Below are positions 12,650-24,719 of a DNA stretch of 64,000 nucleotides, in pieces. Numbering within the stretch: position 1 is the first letter of the stretch; each line of letters begins with the position of its first letter. The notes under the pieces are model-generated. The model was not told the origin of the DNA, searched no databases, and saw nothing but the letters and a program-made list of their open reading frames with translations. The stretch is from Chrysomallon squamiferum. Its lineage: Eukaryota; Animalia; Mollusca. Location: contig CM022672.1 of the NCBI GenBank assembly GCA_012295275.1, forward strand, positions 30,628,001-30,692,000, in the 5' to 3' direction. The position numbers and the translations under genes were made by a program.

Positions 12650-14490
12650 TTTAAAACAGCATTTCGTCATGTTCCGCGATTAGCCATTCTGCCATAACTG
12701 GATTATCAAAATCGAAAGAATATTATATTTTGTTAGTGAATTATAAATATCCATTAATAATTACTATTAAATACCACAAGGAAAAAACTTTTTTTTTTCA
12801 ACGCCTACTGTCAAACCATTCTGGATAGTTTTAAATGTGAAATGTGTTGCTAATGTGCCATATCTGTTAAAAGAAACATCAGCAACAAACAAATGTTTAT
12901 TTTGACTGCAGTCACCAGAGCAGTACAAAACATTTTAGACGCCCCTGAAATCCATGATCTGTCCTGAGTTTATGGATGATGCAAAGTTTATGTATTATCT
13001 ATCATAGAAACTGTAAACAGTGAGCCCAGCTGTTGAACGCTATTGTCTGTTCTTGACCGATTGCATTAAATGATTGAGAACGAAATTTCTCAAATGTCTG
13101 TTGTACAGGAATCACTTTATTTGATAACAGATTTCACAAAATATTTGATTTCAGTAACACCTCAATTTCCGTGATCCTCTAAACATAGATATATACTGTA
13201 TCTCAATGTTTGCTGCTTTTAAACATGGATCAGTACTAGATTTTATGGATGATGCAAACTTTATGCATTATCTCTCATAGAAACTGTAAACAGTGAGCCC
13301 AGCTGTTGAACGCTATTGTGTGTTTTTAATAGCATTTGATTGCATTTAATAGTAGTAGAAGAGGCAGGCTGAATACCATATTGATGTTATGACTACCTTT
13401 TGTACTTTTGTAATAATCCTTGCATCCAGGTTTTAGTCCATACTGACATCCATTACTCGTGCTAGGTTTAAAGGCTTCATTGTTCTAGCAGGATAGAATG
13501 ATATATGTTTGAACTGAAAGAGACGATGCTGTTGTTGTCATTGGCGTTGATGCTGTCATTCGTGTTGTTGTTGCTGATATTGTTGGTGTTTTCGATCTAT
13601 CTTCTTTGGCTGTTATATAAATAAATAAATAAATAAAACAATTCTGATGACAATAATGAGTAAAACATAAATAATTCTCGTTGATCTTAGTATAAACAAA
13701 CTTTATTACTAGCAACCGTTTATTGCATATATAATGGCTATCTCTGATCTTCTAGAAAGCCCTCATCCAGCATTAAATGTGGTGGAACATAACCCAGTTA
13801 AACAGACTGTTATAATATTTGTAAATGTGTCTCTTGACTTATAACCCTCCTACACTGCAACATAATTATAATTGATTTAATGCGAGTACGTCTATCTAAA
13901 AACATGAAAACTTGTACAAAGATCAGTTAATTAAAATTATTTTCTGTCTTTTCTTTTCTTTTTAAATACATAAATATATACAGCTTTCTAATTAGTTTAA
14001 TTGAACATTACATTAATGATAAGAGTAAAATAATAACAAAAATTAATAAATGAATGTTCAGTGGCTCCCCAGCATAATTTTTTTAAATAATAAACAGATT
14101 GGCTATTGAGTCAGTAATAAAGTATTTAATGAATTAAGTGAAAACGAAGGAAGAGAAAGGCTGAAAGTCAGAATAATTCTCACTGCTTTGGTTGTTGATT
14201 TTCAGAAAAGAACAAAGTGACTTGTGAATGTGTTAGCATGTGAAGTAGCCTCTACACCAGTCACTTTCAGCTCAGATTGTTGCACATTGTGCAGATGATG
14301 ACACCCATTCTTGTTCACTGACTGTAAAATATATTTGTGATTCTTGAAATTCTATTCCGGCATGAGTTTTCTGGAAAAATAGCATCTCTGGTCCAGTCTG
14401 CAGACAATAGCATTTGACAAGAAACTGGAAAAGAACAAAGAGAAGCAAACAAAGAGAAGCTGTTGTCGGCTTCATGCGTGTTGTCATCAT
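12650..14490 (-). pseudogene. Decayed secreted lectin/immune-type gene: signal peptide, PAN/Apple-like, Thr-rich linker, possible fibrinogen-related domain remnant
   Basis: 14490-14272 encodes a hydrophobic signal and then SSAQCATI*AESDWCRGYF, a PAN-like C-x3-C-x5-C-x-G-Y with Cys>TGA. An exon remnant at 13716-13895 has an internal stop. A Thr-rich exon starts at ~13608, followed by PGCKDYYK...YGIQPASSTTIKC (frameshifted), resembling a FReD N-terminus. Multiple stops and a 77-bp internal duplication (12971-13047/13243-13319). Confidence 0.45.
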
Positions 14491-15467
14491 CAGTCCTTTG
14501 AAAAACGTTCTAGTTTTATCAAGTGTGTGACGTGTACAGAGCCTAGATATATATTTTGACTTTGGTTTACAAACAATTTTATTTGTATATAAATCAGTGT
14601 TTTGGCTTCAGATAATGCTTTTTTTCCCTTAAATCAGGGTTTCGTTTTCTTTACATGGTCGATCATGAAATGGTTTTGTTTCGAATGGAGTCTTGATTAC
14701 CGAATGAACACATACCATCCTTGCATTTATTCTAATCAATAAAAACCACCAACAGATTCTTGAAATAAAGGAAAAGCATTACAAAGAAAGAGTAAGGGTA
14801 AATGTATTTTATTCTGTACAGTTGCTTTATAAATTTAAACACAAATGGAACAACATTTTTGCTTTAGCAAAACTTCGTAAAGACAAAATGCGATATAAAG
14901 AAAAGATTGTAAGTAAATGTCCCTTACTCTGTAGAATTATTTTCTCAACATGAACAACAACAAATATTATTGTTTTTACACAACATTAGTCAATAAACAA
15001 CATGATACTGACTGAACTATAAACTTTTGTTCTAAACAACAATAGTTTGCTATGTTTGCACTCAAATTCATTTGAAGTAAATATCTTTTATGCTTCTCTT
15101 CTGTACTTGCAAGGCAATCAATATTCACAGAATATTCTAAAACAAATTTAAATGTTCAAATTTTTCTTAATGTATCCTACAAAAATCCCTTTAATATATT
15201 CACACACACACGCACAAACACACACACACACACTAATCAGTTATTAATTAAACTATTGATACAGGTTTCACAAAAGAAATAAAGAAATAGTAACGTTTTG
15301 GTAATGTGATTTTCTGTACCAAAAAAGAAAAAAGACACTGAAATAAATATATTAGTAAATAAGTACATTTTTAACAACATCACCCGCAATAATTACAAAT
15401 AAAAAAATTTACATCAAAGCTCAACACACAAATTGTGAAAGAAAATGTAGTTTGATGTGTGTCCATG

Positions 15468-15649
15468 TGCTACTAAAATATTACTTGTTTAGTGTTACAT
15501 GTGTGTATGTGTTACCAAAGTGTTACTGTGTACTATTACATGTGTATATGATACTAAAGTGTTACTTGTGTAATGTTACTAAAGTGTTATTTGTGTATTG
15601 TTACATGTGTGTATGTTTCTTTCTAAAGTATTACTTGTGTACTGTTACA

Positions 15650-15701
<52 letters not shown>

Positions 15702-15770
15702 ACTAAAGTGTAGTTATGTACTGTTACATATGTGCATATATGTTGCTTGTGTAGTGTTGTATGTGTGTAT
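15468..15770. repeat. Degenerate ~40-bp minisatellite with embedded (TA)n at the left border of the snRNA array
   Basis: Recurrent GTTACTAAAGTGTTACTTGTGTACTGTTACATGTGT-like units. Confidence 0.7.
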
Positions 15771-15772
15771 AT

Positions 15773-15910
15773 GGCGGAGCAAGCCCCTGACACTTCGCCT
15801 AGTTCAAAATCAGTTTAATATCGATGTCCCCCAATGGAGGACGTATCAGATATTAAGCTGATAAGAACAGATACTACACTTTGATCTTAGCCAAAAGGCC
15901 GAGAAGCGAT
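15773..15910 (-). pseudogene. U2: 3'-truncated U2 snRNA at the array edge
   Basis: The 5' end is intact (ATCGCTTCTCGG at 15910) but the gene stops after CTTGCTCCGCC, losing stem-loop IV. The Sm region is 2 nt shorter than in the other copies. Confidence 0.9.
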
Positions 15911-16642
15911 AACATACACTTGTTAAGCAGATCATATAAATATTTAAGAAAGCAATTTCACACTGGTGTGTCGTTTTGAAATTATTTAGAAAGATAAGTA
16001 ACTGTATAACGAAGATAGGAATTTATGACAGAATTTAAAGGTTTAATAATACTTGTTTCTGGTGCCTTGCACTGTGTCATTTGAATAATATTTAAACACA
16101 ACTGTGCGTGAACTTAACATAAACGTGCACGTGTTGCATTCTTCCGATCTATGAAACGTAGCTCCGACGATTTTTCGTTCGCTGCGTGCAAAAAATAACT
16201 TCTATATTTAGAAAAGCTTAGCTTCTCAGTCAGTGCAGCGTGCGTTCGAGCCCTTGCTGTTCATCTATAACCCAAGCGAAGAATTAGCTACGAGGACAAA
16301 ATTAAGACAGTTTTTATTAACGTCTCGCAAAAGTCACAGTGAAAGAAATACATAATGGGCCATTGTGTTATAACTCGTTCGTTAGCCTCTGGTCAGTCAC
16401 TGACAAACGTAAAAGTTTGAGCCCGATTATGAATTTTGTCGATTACCAGGTGCAACTGAGAGAAACACGCAACGCGCTTTAACGACCATTAAGTAGCAGT
16501 TTAAGAGAGTCACCCAACACTTGTTTCAAATGACTCGCCGAAAACATTTGGAATTTATTCTAGGAGATTGTTCATAAACGTGATACCTGTGCGAAATATA
16601 CGAAGGCGTTTCTATAAAAGAGGTTTTCACCCAAGTTCAAGC

Positions 16643-16807
16643 ATACTTACCTGGTACGGGAGGTCACCATGATCCGCAAGGTGGTCCTCCCAGGGCGAGG
16701 CCTTTCCATTGCACTCCGGTCGGGCTGACCCGTGCGATCGCCCCAAATGCGGGCGACTCGAGTACGTAATTTTTTAGTGTGGGGGTCTGCGTTCGCGCTA
16801 ACCCCTG
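16643..16807 (+). ncRNA. U1: U1 spliceosomal snRNA (copy 1)
   Basis: ATACTTACCTGG 5' end, CATTGCACTCC U1A loop, Sm site AATTTTTTAG, terminal GGGGTCTGCGTTCGCGCTAACCCCTG stem-loop. Confidence 0.98.
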
Positions 16808-16836
16808 AAAATTCAAAACAAAAAAACAGTTTCTTA
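16808..16836 (+). terminator. Candidate snRNA 3'-box shared by U1 and U2
   Basis: After U1: AAAATTCAAAACAAAAAAACAGTTTCTTA. After U2 (37044-37070): AAAATTCAAATCAAAAATAGTTACTTA. Confidence 0.55.
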
Positions 16837-17486
16837 AAAACCTCTCAAAATGCCCGTACTGCAAAGCGTCTTTCTCTCATTCACTTAGATATTAACAATG
16901 CGATACTGCTGCAACATGAAATCTTAGCTGCCTTCAGTTTAGAGAATTGCTCTAAATAACTTCGTCAACGATAAATGGAAAAGAAAGCCTACGTTTTGCC
17001 TTTACCATCAACTCTGTAGATTACCTAGAGGAGCAGTAAACGAAATGATATGTTTCTTTCTCTATTTTTACGATTGTTTTGTGTTATCTTCTGTTTCAAA
17101 CTATTTGAAACAGTAGACAAAACTATTGATTAAAGTCAGTTACAGAAATTTGTCGTTCGCTGTGCGTAACCTGCCTTTACGTCAAACGGAGTAACTGTAC
17201 TGAGTACTCGTTACGTTACCCATTATCCTGTTAATTACTGATGAGTCAGTTCGATAAGGTCATTTGCGCTGTTTCACTGTTAATTTATTTTATTTCGTTT
17301 TATTTCATTTCATTGTTTGGTTATTTTTTTTTTTTTTTTTTTTTTTTAGATGATGTTACCATTTAATATATTACACTGACACAGTTAGTGAGGTTGTGTA
17401 ATACAAATCGACATTTGCTAAAATAAATAAATCAACACAAAAGAAATAAGTAACTATTTTTGATTTGAATTTTTTCCCAAAAAGGG

Positions 17487-17675
17487 AGTGGGCCATTCCC
17501 GGAGGTACTGCAATACCGGGTCAACCCGTGGCAAAGGCGGAGCAAGCCCCTGACACTTCGCCTAGTTCCAAAAATCAGTTTAATATCGATGTCCCCCAAT
17601 GGAGGACGTATCAGATATTAAGCTGATAAGAACAGATACTACACTTTGATCTTAGCCAAAAGGCCGAGAAGCGAT
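17487..17675 (-). ncRNA. U2: U2 spliceosomal snRNA
   Basis: ATCGCTTCTCGGCCTTTTGGCTAAGATCAAAGTGTAGTATC (branch-point pairing GTAGTA), Sm site ATTTTTG, loop IV ATTGCAGTACC. Confidence 0.98.
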
Positions 17676-17719
17676 AACATACACTTGTTAAGCAGATCAT
17701 ATAAATATTTAAGAAAGCA

Positions 17720-17741
17720 ATTTCACACTGGTGTGTCGTTT
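17720..17741 (-). promoter_or_regulatory. U2 proximal sequence element (PSE), -66 to -45; repeated in every unit
   Basis: AAACGACACACCAGTGTGAAAT is 17/22 identical to the motif at the same position upstream of U1. Confidence 0.8.
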
Positions 17742-18340
17742 TGAAATTATTTAGAAAGATAAGTAACTGTATAACGAAGATAGGAATTTATGACAGAATT
17801 TAAAGGTTTAATAATACTTGTTTCTGGTGCCTTGCACTGTGTCATTTGAATAATATTTAAACACAACTGTGCGTGAACTTAACATAAACGTGCACGTGTT
17901 GCATTCTTCCGATCTATGAAACGTAGCTCCGACGATTTTTCGTTCGCTGCGTGCAAAAAATAACTTCTATATTTAGAAAAGCTTAGCTTCTCAGTCAGTG
18001 CAGCGTGCGTTCGAGCCCTTGCTGTTCATCTATAACCCAAGCGAAGAATTAGCTACGAGGACAAAATTAAGACAGTTTTTATTAACGTCTCGCAAAAGTC
18101 ACAGTGAAAGAAATACATAATGGGCCATTGTGTTATAACTCGTTCGTTAGCCTCTGGTCAGTCACTGACAAACGTAAAAGTTTGAGCCCGATTATGAATT
18201 TTGTCGATTACCAGGTGCAACTGAGAGAAACACGCAACGCGCTTTAACGACCATTAAGTAGCAGTTTAAGAGAGTCACCCAACACTTGTTTCAAATGACT
18301 CGCCGAAAACATTTGGAATTTATTCTAGGAGATTGTTCAT

Positions 18341-18383
18341 AAACGTGATACCTGTGCGAAATAACGAAGGCGTTTCTATAAAA
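18341..18383 (+). promoter_or_regulatory. U1 PSE (-66 to -45) plus TATAAAA at -30; repeated in every unit
   Basis: AAACGTGATACCTGTGCGAAAT at 18341-18362, TATAAAA at 18377-18383, U1 +1 at 18407. Confidence 0.8.
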
Positions 18384-18406
18384 GAGGTTTTCACCCAAGT
18401 TCAAGC

Positions 18407-18568
18407 ATACTTACCTGGTACGGGAGGTCACCATGATCCGCAAGGTGGTCCTCCCAGGGCGAGGCCTTTCCATTGCACTCCGGTCGGGCTGACCCGTGCG
18501 ATCGCCCCAAATGCGGGCGACTCGAGTACGTAATTTTTAGTGGGGGTCTGCGTTCGCGCTAACCCCTG
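18407..18568 (+). ncRNA. U1: U1 snRNA (copy 2)
   Basis: As copy 1, with small indels near the Sm site. Confidence 0.97.
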
Positions 18569-19262
18569 AAAATTCAAAACAAAAAAACAGTTTCTTAAAA
18601 ACCTCTCAAAATGCCCGTACTGCAAAGCGTCTTTCTCTCATTCACTTAGATATTAACAATGCGATACTGCTGCAACATGAAATCTTAGCTGCCTTCAGTT
18701 TAGAGAATTGCTCTAAATAACTTCGTCAACGATAAATGGAAAAGAAAGCCTACGTTTTGCCTTTACCATCAACTCTGTAGATTACCTAGAGGAGCAGTAA
18801 ACGAAATGATATGTTTCTTTCTCTATTTTTACGATTGTTTTGTGTTATCTTCTGTTTCAAACTATTTGAAACAGTAGACAAAACTATTGATTAAAGTCAG
18901 TTACAGAAATTTGTCGTTCGCTGTGCGTAACCTGCCTTTACGTCAAACGGAGTAACTGTACTGAGTACTCGTTACGTTACCCATTATCCTGTTAATTACT
19001 GATGAGTCAGTTCGATAAGGTCATTTGCGCTGTTTCACTGTTAATTTATTTTATTTCGTTTTATTTCATTTCATTGTTTGGTTTTTTTTTTTTTTTTTTT
19101 TTTAGATGATGTTACCATTTAATATATTACACTGACACAGTTAGTGAGGTTGTGTAATACAAATCGACATTTGCTAAAATAAATAAAACAGGACTGAAAT
19201 AAATAAATCAACACAAAAGAAATAAGTAACTATTTTTGATTTGAATTTTTTCCCAAAAAGGG

Positions 19263-19451
19263 AGTGGGCCATTCCCGGAGGTACTGCAATACCGGGTCAA
19301 CCCGTGGCAAAGGCGGAGCAAGCCCCTGACACTTCGCCTAGTTCCAAAAATCAGTTTAATATCGATGTCCCCCAATGGAGGACGTATCAGATATTAAGCT
19401 GATAAGAACAGATACTACACTTTGATCTTAGCCAAAAGGCCGAGAAGCGAT
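19263..19451 (-). ncRNA. U2: U2 snRNA
   Basis: Full-length copy of the array U2 sequence. Confidence 0.98.
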
Positions 19452-20181
19452 AACATACACTTGTTAAGCAGATCATATAAATATTTAAGAAAGCAATTTC
19501 ACACTGGTGTGTCGTTTTGAAATTATTTAGAAAGATAAGTAACTGTATAACGAAGATAGGAATTTATGACAGAATTTAAAGGTTTAATAATACTTGTTTC
19601 TGGTGCCTTGCACTGTGTCATTTGAATAATATTTAAACACAACTGTGCGTGAACTTAACATAAACGTGCACGTGTTGCATTCTTCCGATCTATGAAACGT
19701 AGCTCCGACGATTTTTCGTTCGCTGCGTGCAAAAAATAACTTCTATATTTAGAAAAGCTTAGCTTCTCAGTCAGTGCAGCGTGCGTTCGAGCCCTTGCTG
19801 TTCATCTATAACCCAAGCGAAGAATTAGCTACGAGGACAAAATTAAGACAGTTTTATTAACGTCTCGCAAAAGTCACAGTGAAAGAAATACATAATGGGC
19901 CATTGTGTTATAACTCGTTCGTTAGCCTCTGGTCAGTCACTGACAAACGTAAAAGTTTGAGCCCGATTATGAATTTTGTCGATTACCAGGTGCAACTGAG
20001 AGAAACACGCAACGCGCTTTAACGACCATTAAGTAGCAGTTTAAGAGAGTCACCCAACACTTGTTTCAAATGACTCGCCGAAAACATTTGGAATTTATTC
20101 TAGGAGATTGTTCATAAACGTGATACCTGTGCGAAATAACGAAGGCGTTTCTATAAAAGAGGTTTTCACCCAAGTTCAAGC

Positions 20182-20346
20182 ATACTTACCTGGTACGGGA
20201 GGTCACCATGATCCGCAAGGTGGTCCTCCCAGGGCGAGGCCTTTCCATTGCACTCCGGTCGGGCTGACCCGTGCGATCGCCCCAAATGCGGGCGACTCGA
20301 GTACGTAATTTTTTAGTGTGGGGGTCTGCGTTCGCGCTAACCCCTG
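20182..20346 (+). ncRNA. U1: U1 snRNA (copy 3)
   Basis: Full-length copy. Confidence 0.98.
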
Positions 20347-21020
20347 AAAATTCAAAACAAAAAAACAGTTTCTTAAAAACCTCTCAAAATGCCCGTACTG
20401 CAAAGCGTCTTTCTCTCATTCACTTAGATATTAACAATGCGATACTGCTGCAACATGAAATCTTAGCTGCCTTCAGTTTAGAGAATTGCTCTAAATAACT
20501 TCGTCAACGATAAATGGAAAAGAAAGCCTACGTTTTGCCTTTACCATCAACTCTGTAGATTACCTAGAGGAGCAGTAAACGAAATGATATGTTTCTTTCT
20601 CTATTTTTACGATTGTTTTGTGTTATCTTCTGTTTCAAACTATTTGAAACAGTAGACAAAACTATTGATTAAAGTCAGTTACAGAAATTTGTCGTTCGCT
20701 GTGCGTAACCTGCCTTTACGTCAAACGGAGTAACTGTACTGAGTACTCGTTACGTTACCCATTATCCTGTTAATTACTGATGAGTCAGTTCGATAAGGTC
20801 ATTTGCGCTGTTTCACTGTTAATTTATTTTATTTCGTTTTATTTCATTTCATTGTTTGGTTTTTTTTTTTTTTTTTTTTTTAGATGATGTTACCATTTAA
20901 TATATTACACTGACACAGTTAGTGAGGTTGTGTAATACAAATCGACATTTGCTAAAATAAATAAATCAACACAAAAGAAATAAGTAACTATTTTTGATTT
21001 GAATTTTTTCCCAAAAAGGG

Positions 21021-21209
21021 AGTGGGCCATTCCCGGAGGTACTGCAATACCGGGTCAACCCGTGGCAAAGGCGGAGCAAGCCCCTGACACTTCGCCTAGT
21101 TCCAAAAATCAGTTTAATATCGATGTCCCCCAATGGAGGACGTATCAGATATTAAGCTGATAAGAACAGATACTACACTTTGATCTTAGCCAAAAGGCCG
21201 AGAAGCGAT
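21021..21209 (-). ncRNA. U2: U2 snRNA
   Basis: Full-length copy. Confidence 0.98.
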
Positions 21210-21944
21210 AACATACACTTGTTAAGCAGATCATATAAATATTTAAGAAAGCAATTTCACACTGGTGTGTCGTTTTGAAATTATTTAGAAAGATAAGTAA
21301 CTGTATAACGAAGATAGGAATTTATGACAGAATTTAAAGGTTTAATAATACTTGTTTCTGGTGCCTTGCACTGTGTCATTTGAATAATATTTAAACACAA
21401 CTGTGCGTGAACTTAACATAAACGTGCACGTGTTGCATTCTTCCGATCTATGAAACGTAGCTCCGACGATTTTTTTTCGTTCGCTGCGTGCAAAAAAATA
21501 ACTTCTATATTTAGAAAAGCTTAGCTTCTCAGTCAGTGCAGCGTGCGTTCGAGCCCTTGCTGTTCATCTATAACCCAAGCGAAGAATTAGCTACGAGGAC
21601 AAAATTAAGACAGTTTTTATTAACGTCTCGCAAAAGTCACAGTGAAAGAAATACATAATGGGCCATTGTGTTATAACTCGTTCGTTAGCCTCTGGTCAGT
21701 CACTGACAAACGTAAAAGTTTGAGCCCGATTATGAATTTTGTCGATTACCAGGTGCAACTGAGAGAAACACGCAACGCGCTTTAACGACCATTAAGTAGC
21801 AGTTTAAGAGAGTCACCCAACACTTGTTTCAAATGACTCGCCGAAAACATTTGGAATTTATTCTAGGAGATTGTTCATAAACGTGATACCTGTGCGAAAT
21901 AACGAAGGCGTTTCTATAAAAGAGGTTTTCACCCAAGTTCAAGC

Positions 21945-22109
21945 ATACTTACCTGGTACGGGAGGTCACCATGATCCGCAAGGTGGTCCTCCCAGGGCGA
22001 GGCCTTTCCATTGCACTCCGGTCGGGCTGACCCGTGCGATCGCCCCAAATGCGGGCGACTCGAGTACGTAATTTTTTAGTGTGGGGGTCTGCGTTCGCGC
22101 TAACCCCTG
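21945..22109 (+). ncRNA. U1: U1 snRNA (copy 4)
   Basis: Full-length copy. Confidence 0.98.
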
Positions 22110-22780
22110 AAAATTCAAAACAAAAAAACAGTTTCTTAAAAACCTCTCAAAATGCCCGTACTGCAAAGCGTCTTTCTCTCATTCACTTAGATATTAACAA
22201 TGCGATACTGCTGCAACATGAAATCTTAGCTGCCTTCAGTTTAGAGAATTGCTCTAAATAACTTCGTCAACGATAAATGGAAAAGAAAGCCTACGTTTTG
22301 CCTTTACCATCAACTCTGTAGATTACCTAGAGGAGCAGTAAACGAAATGATATGTTTCTTTCTCTATTTTTACGATTGTTTTGTGTTATCTTCTGTTTCA
22401 AACTATTTGAAACAGTAGACAAAACTATTGATTAAAGTCAGTTACAGAAATTTGTCGTTCGCTGTGCGTAACCTGCCTTTACGTCAAACGGAGTAACTGT
22501 ACTGAGTACTCGTTACGTTACCCATTATCCTGTTAATTACTGATGAGTCAGTTCGATAAGGTCATTTGCGCTGTTTCACTGTTAATTTATTTTATTTCGT
22601 TTTATTTCATTTCATTGTTTGGTTATTTTATTTTTTTAGATAGATGATGTTACCATTTAATATATTACACTGACACAGTTAGTGAGGTTGTGTAATACAA
22701 ATCGACATTTGCTAAAATAAATAAATCAACACAAAAGAAATAAGTAACTATTTTTGATTTGAATTTTTTCCCAAAAAGGG

Positions 22781-22969
22781 AGTGGGCCATTCCCGGAGGT
22801 ACTGCAATACCGGGTCAACCCGTGGCAAAGGCGGAGCAAGCCCCTGACACTTCGCCTAGTTCCAAAAATCAGTTTAATATCGATGTCCCCCAATGGAGGA
22901 CGTATCAGATATTAAGCTGATAAGAACAGATACTACACTTTGATCTTAGCCAAAAGGCCGAGAAGCGAT
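22781..22969 (-). ncRNA. U2: U2 snRNA
   Basis: Full-length copy. Confidence 0.98.
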
Positions 22970-23701
22970 AACATACACTTGTTAAGCAGATCATATAAAT
23001 ATTTAAGAAAGCAATTTCACACTGGTGTGTCGTTTTGAAATTATTTAGAAAGATAAGTAACTGTATAACGAAGATAGGAATTTATGACAGAATTTAAAGG
23101 TTTAATAATACTTGTTTCTGGTGCCTTGCACTGTGTCATTTGAATAATATTTAAACACAACTGTGCGTGAACTTAACATAAACGTGCACGTGTTGCATTC
23201 TTCCGATCTATGAAACGTAGCTCCGACGATTTTTCGTTCGCTGCGTGCAAAAAAATAACTTCTATATTTAGAAAAGCTTAGCTTCTCAGTCAGTGCAGCG
23301 TGCGTTCGAGCCCTTGCTGTTCATCTATAACCCAAGCGAAGAATTAGCTACGAGGACAAAATTAAGACAGTTTTTATTAACGTCTCGCAAAAGTCACAGT
23401 GAAAGAAATACATAATGGGCCATTGTGTTATAACTCGTTCGTTAGCCTCTGGTCAGTCACTGACAAACGTAAAAGTTTGAGCCCGATTATGAATTTTGTC
23501 GATTACCAGGTGCAACTGAGAGAAACACGCAACGCGCTTTAACGACCATTAAGTAGCAGTTTAAGAGAGTCACCCAACACTTGTTTCAAATGACTCGCCG
23601 AAAACATTTGGAATTTATTCTAGGAGATTGTTCATAAACGTGATACCTGTGCGAAATAACGAAGGCGTTTCTATAAAAGAGGTTTTCACCCAAGTTCAAG
23701 C

Positions 23702-23864
23702 ATACTTACCTGGTACGGGAGGTCACCATGATCCGCAAGGTGGTCCTCCCAGGGCGAGGCCTTTCCATTGCACTCCGGTCGGGCTGACCCGTGCGATCGC
23801 CCCAAATGCGGGCGACTCGAGTACGTAATTTTTTAGTGTGGGGTCTGCGTTCGCGCTAACCCTG
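23702..23864 (+). ncRNA. U1: U1 snRNA (copy 5)
   Basis: Full-length copy with homopolymer-length differences in stem-loop IV. Confidence 0.97.
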
Positions 23865-24530
23865 AAAATTCAAAACAAAAAACAGTTTCTTAAAACCTCT
23901 CAAAATGCCCGTACTGCAAAGCGTCTTTCTCTCATTCACTTAGATATTAACAATGCGATACTGCTGCAACATGAAATCTTAGCTGCCTTCAGTTTAGAGA
24001 ATTGCTCTAAATAACTTCGTCAACGATAAATGGAAAAGAAAGCCTACGTTTTGCCTTTACCATCAACTCTGTAGATTACCTAGAGGAGCAGTAAACGAAA
24101 TGATATGTTTCTTTCTCTATTTTTACGATTGTTTGTGTTATCTTCTGTTTCAAACTATTTGAAACAGTAGACAAAACTATTGATTAAAGTCAGTTACAGA
24201 AATTTGTCGTTCGCTGTGCGTAACCTGCCTTTACGTCAAACGGAGTAACTGTACTGAGTACTCGTTACGTTACCCATTATCCTGTTAATTACTGATGAGT
24301 CAGTTCGATAAGGTCATTTGCGCTGTTTCACTGTTAATTTATTTTATTTCGTTTTATTTCATTTCATTGTTTTTTTTTTTTTTTTTTTTTTTAGATGATG
24401 TTACCATTTAATATATTACACTGACACAGTTAGTGAGGTTGTGTAATACAAATCGACATTTGCTAAAATAAATAAATCAACACAAAAGAAATAAGTAACT
24501 ATTTTTGATTTGAATTTTTCCCCAAAAGGG

Positions 24531-24719
24531 AGTGGGCCATTCCCGGAGGTACTGCAATACCGGGTCAACCCGTGGCAAAGGCGGAGCAAGCCCCTGACAC
24601 TTCGCCTAGTTCCAAAAATCAGTTTAATATCGATGTCCCCCAATGGAGGACGTATCAGATATTAAGCTGATAAGAACAGATACTACACTTTGATCTTAGC
24701 CAAAAGGCCGAGAAGCGAT
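24531..24719 (-). ncRNA. U2: U2 snRNA
   Basis: Full-length copy. Confidence 0.98.

Noticed and set aside
15700-15720. AAAGTGTAGT in the minisatellite matches the U2 branch-point region
   Set aside because: A 10-nt match in one degenerate unit; the other units read AAAGTGTTAC, so chance is likely.
16214-16253. tRNA-like A/B box (TAGCTTCTCAGT...GTTCGAGCCC) in the divergent spacer
   Set aside because: The boxes are too close together and there is no cloverleaf; not a tRNA or 5S gene. At most an isolated B-box-like motif.
17238-17260. CTGATGAG...CGATA resembling a hammerhead ribozyme core in each spacer
   Set aside because: The GAAA core is GATA, and no convincing stem II/III or NUH pairing is present. 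It is equally an AP-1-like TGAGTCA or a chance match.
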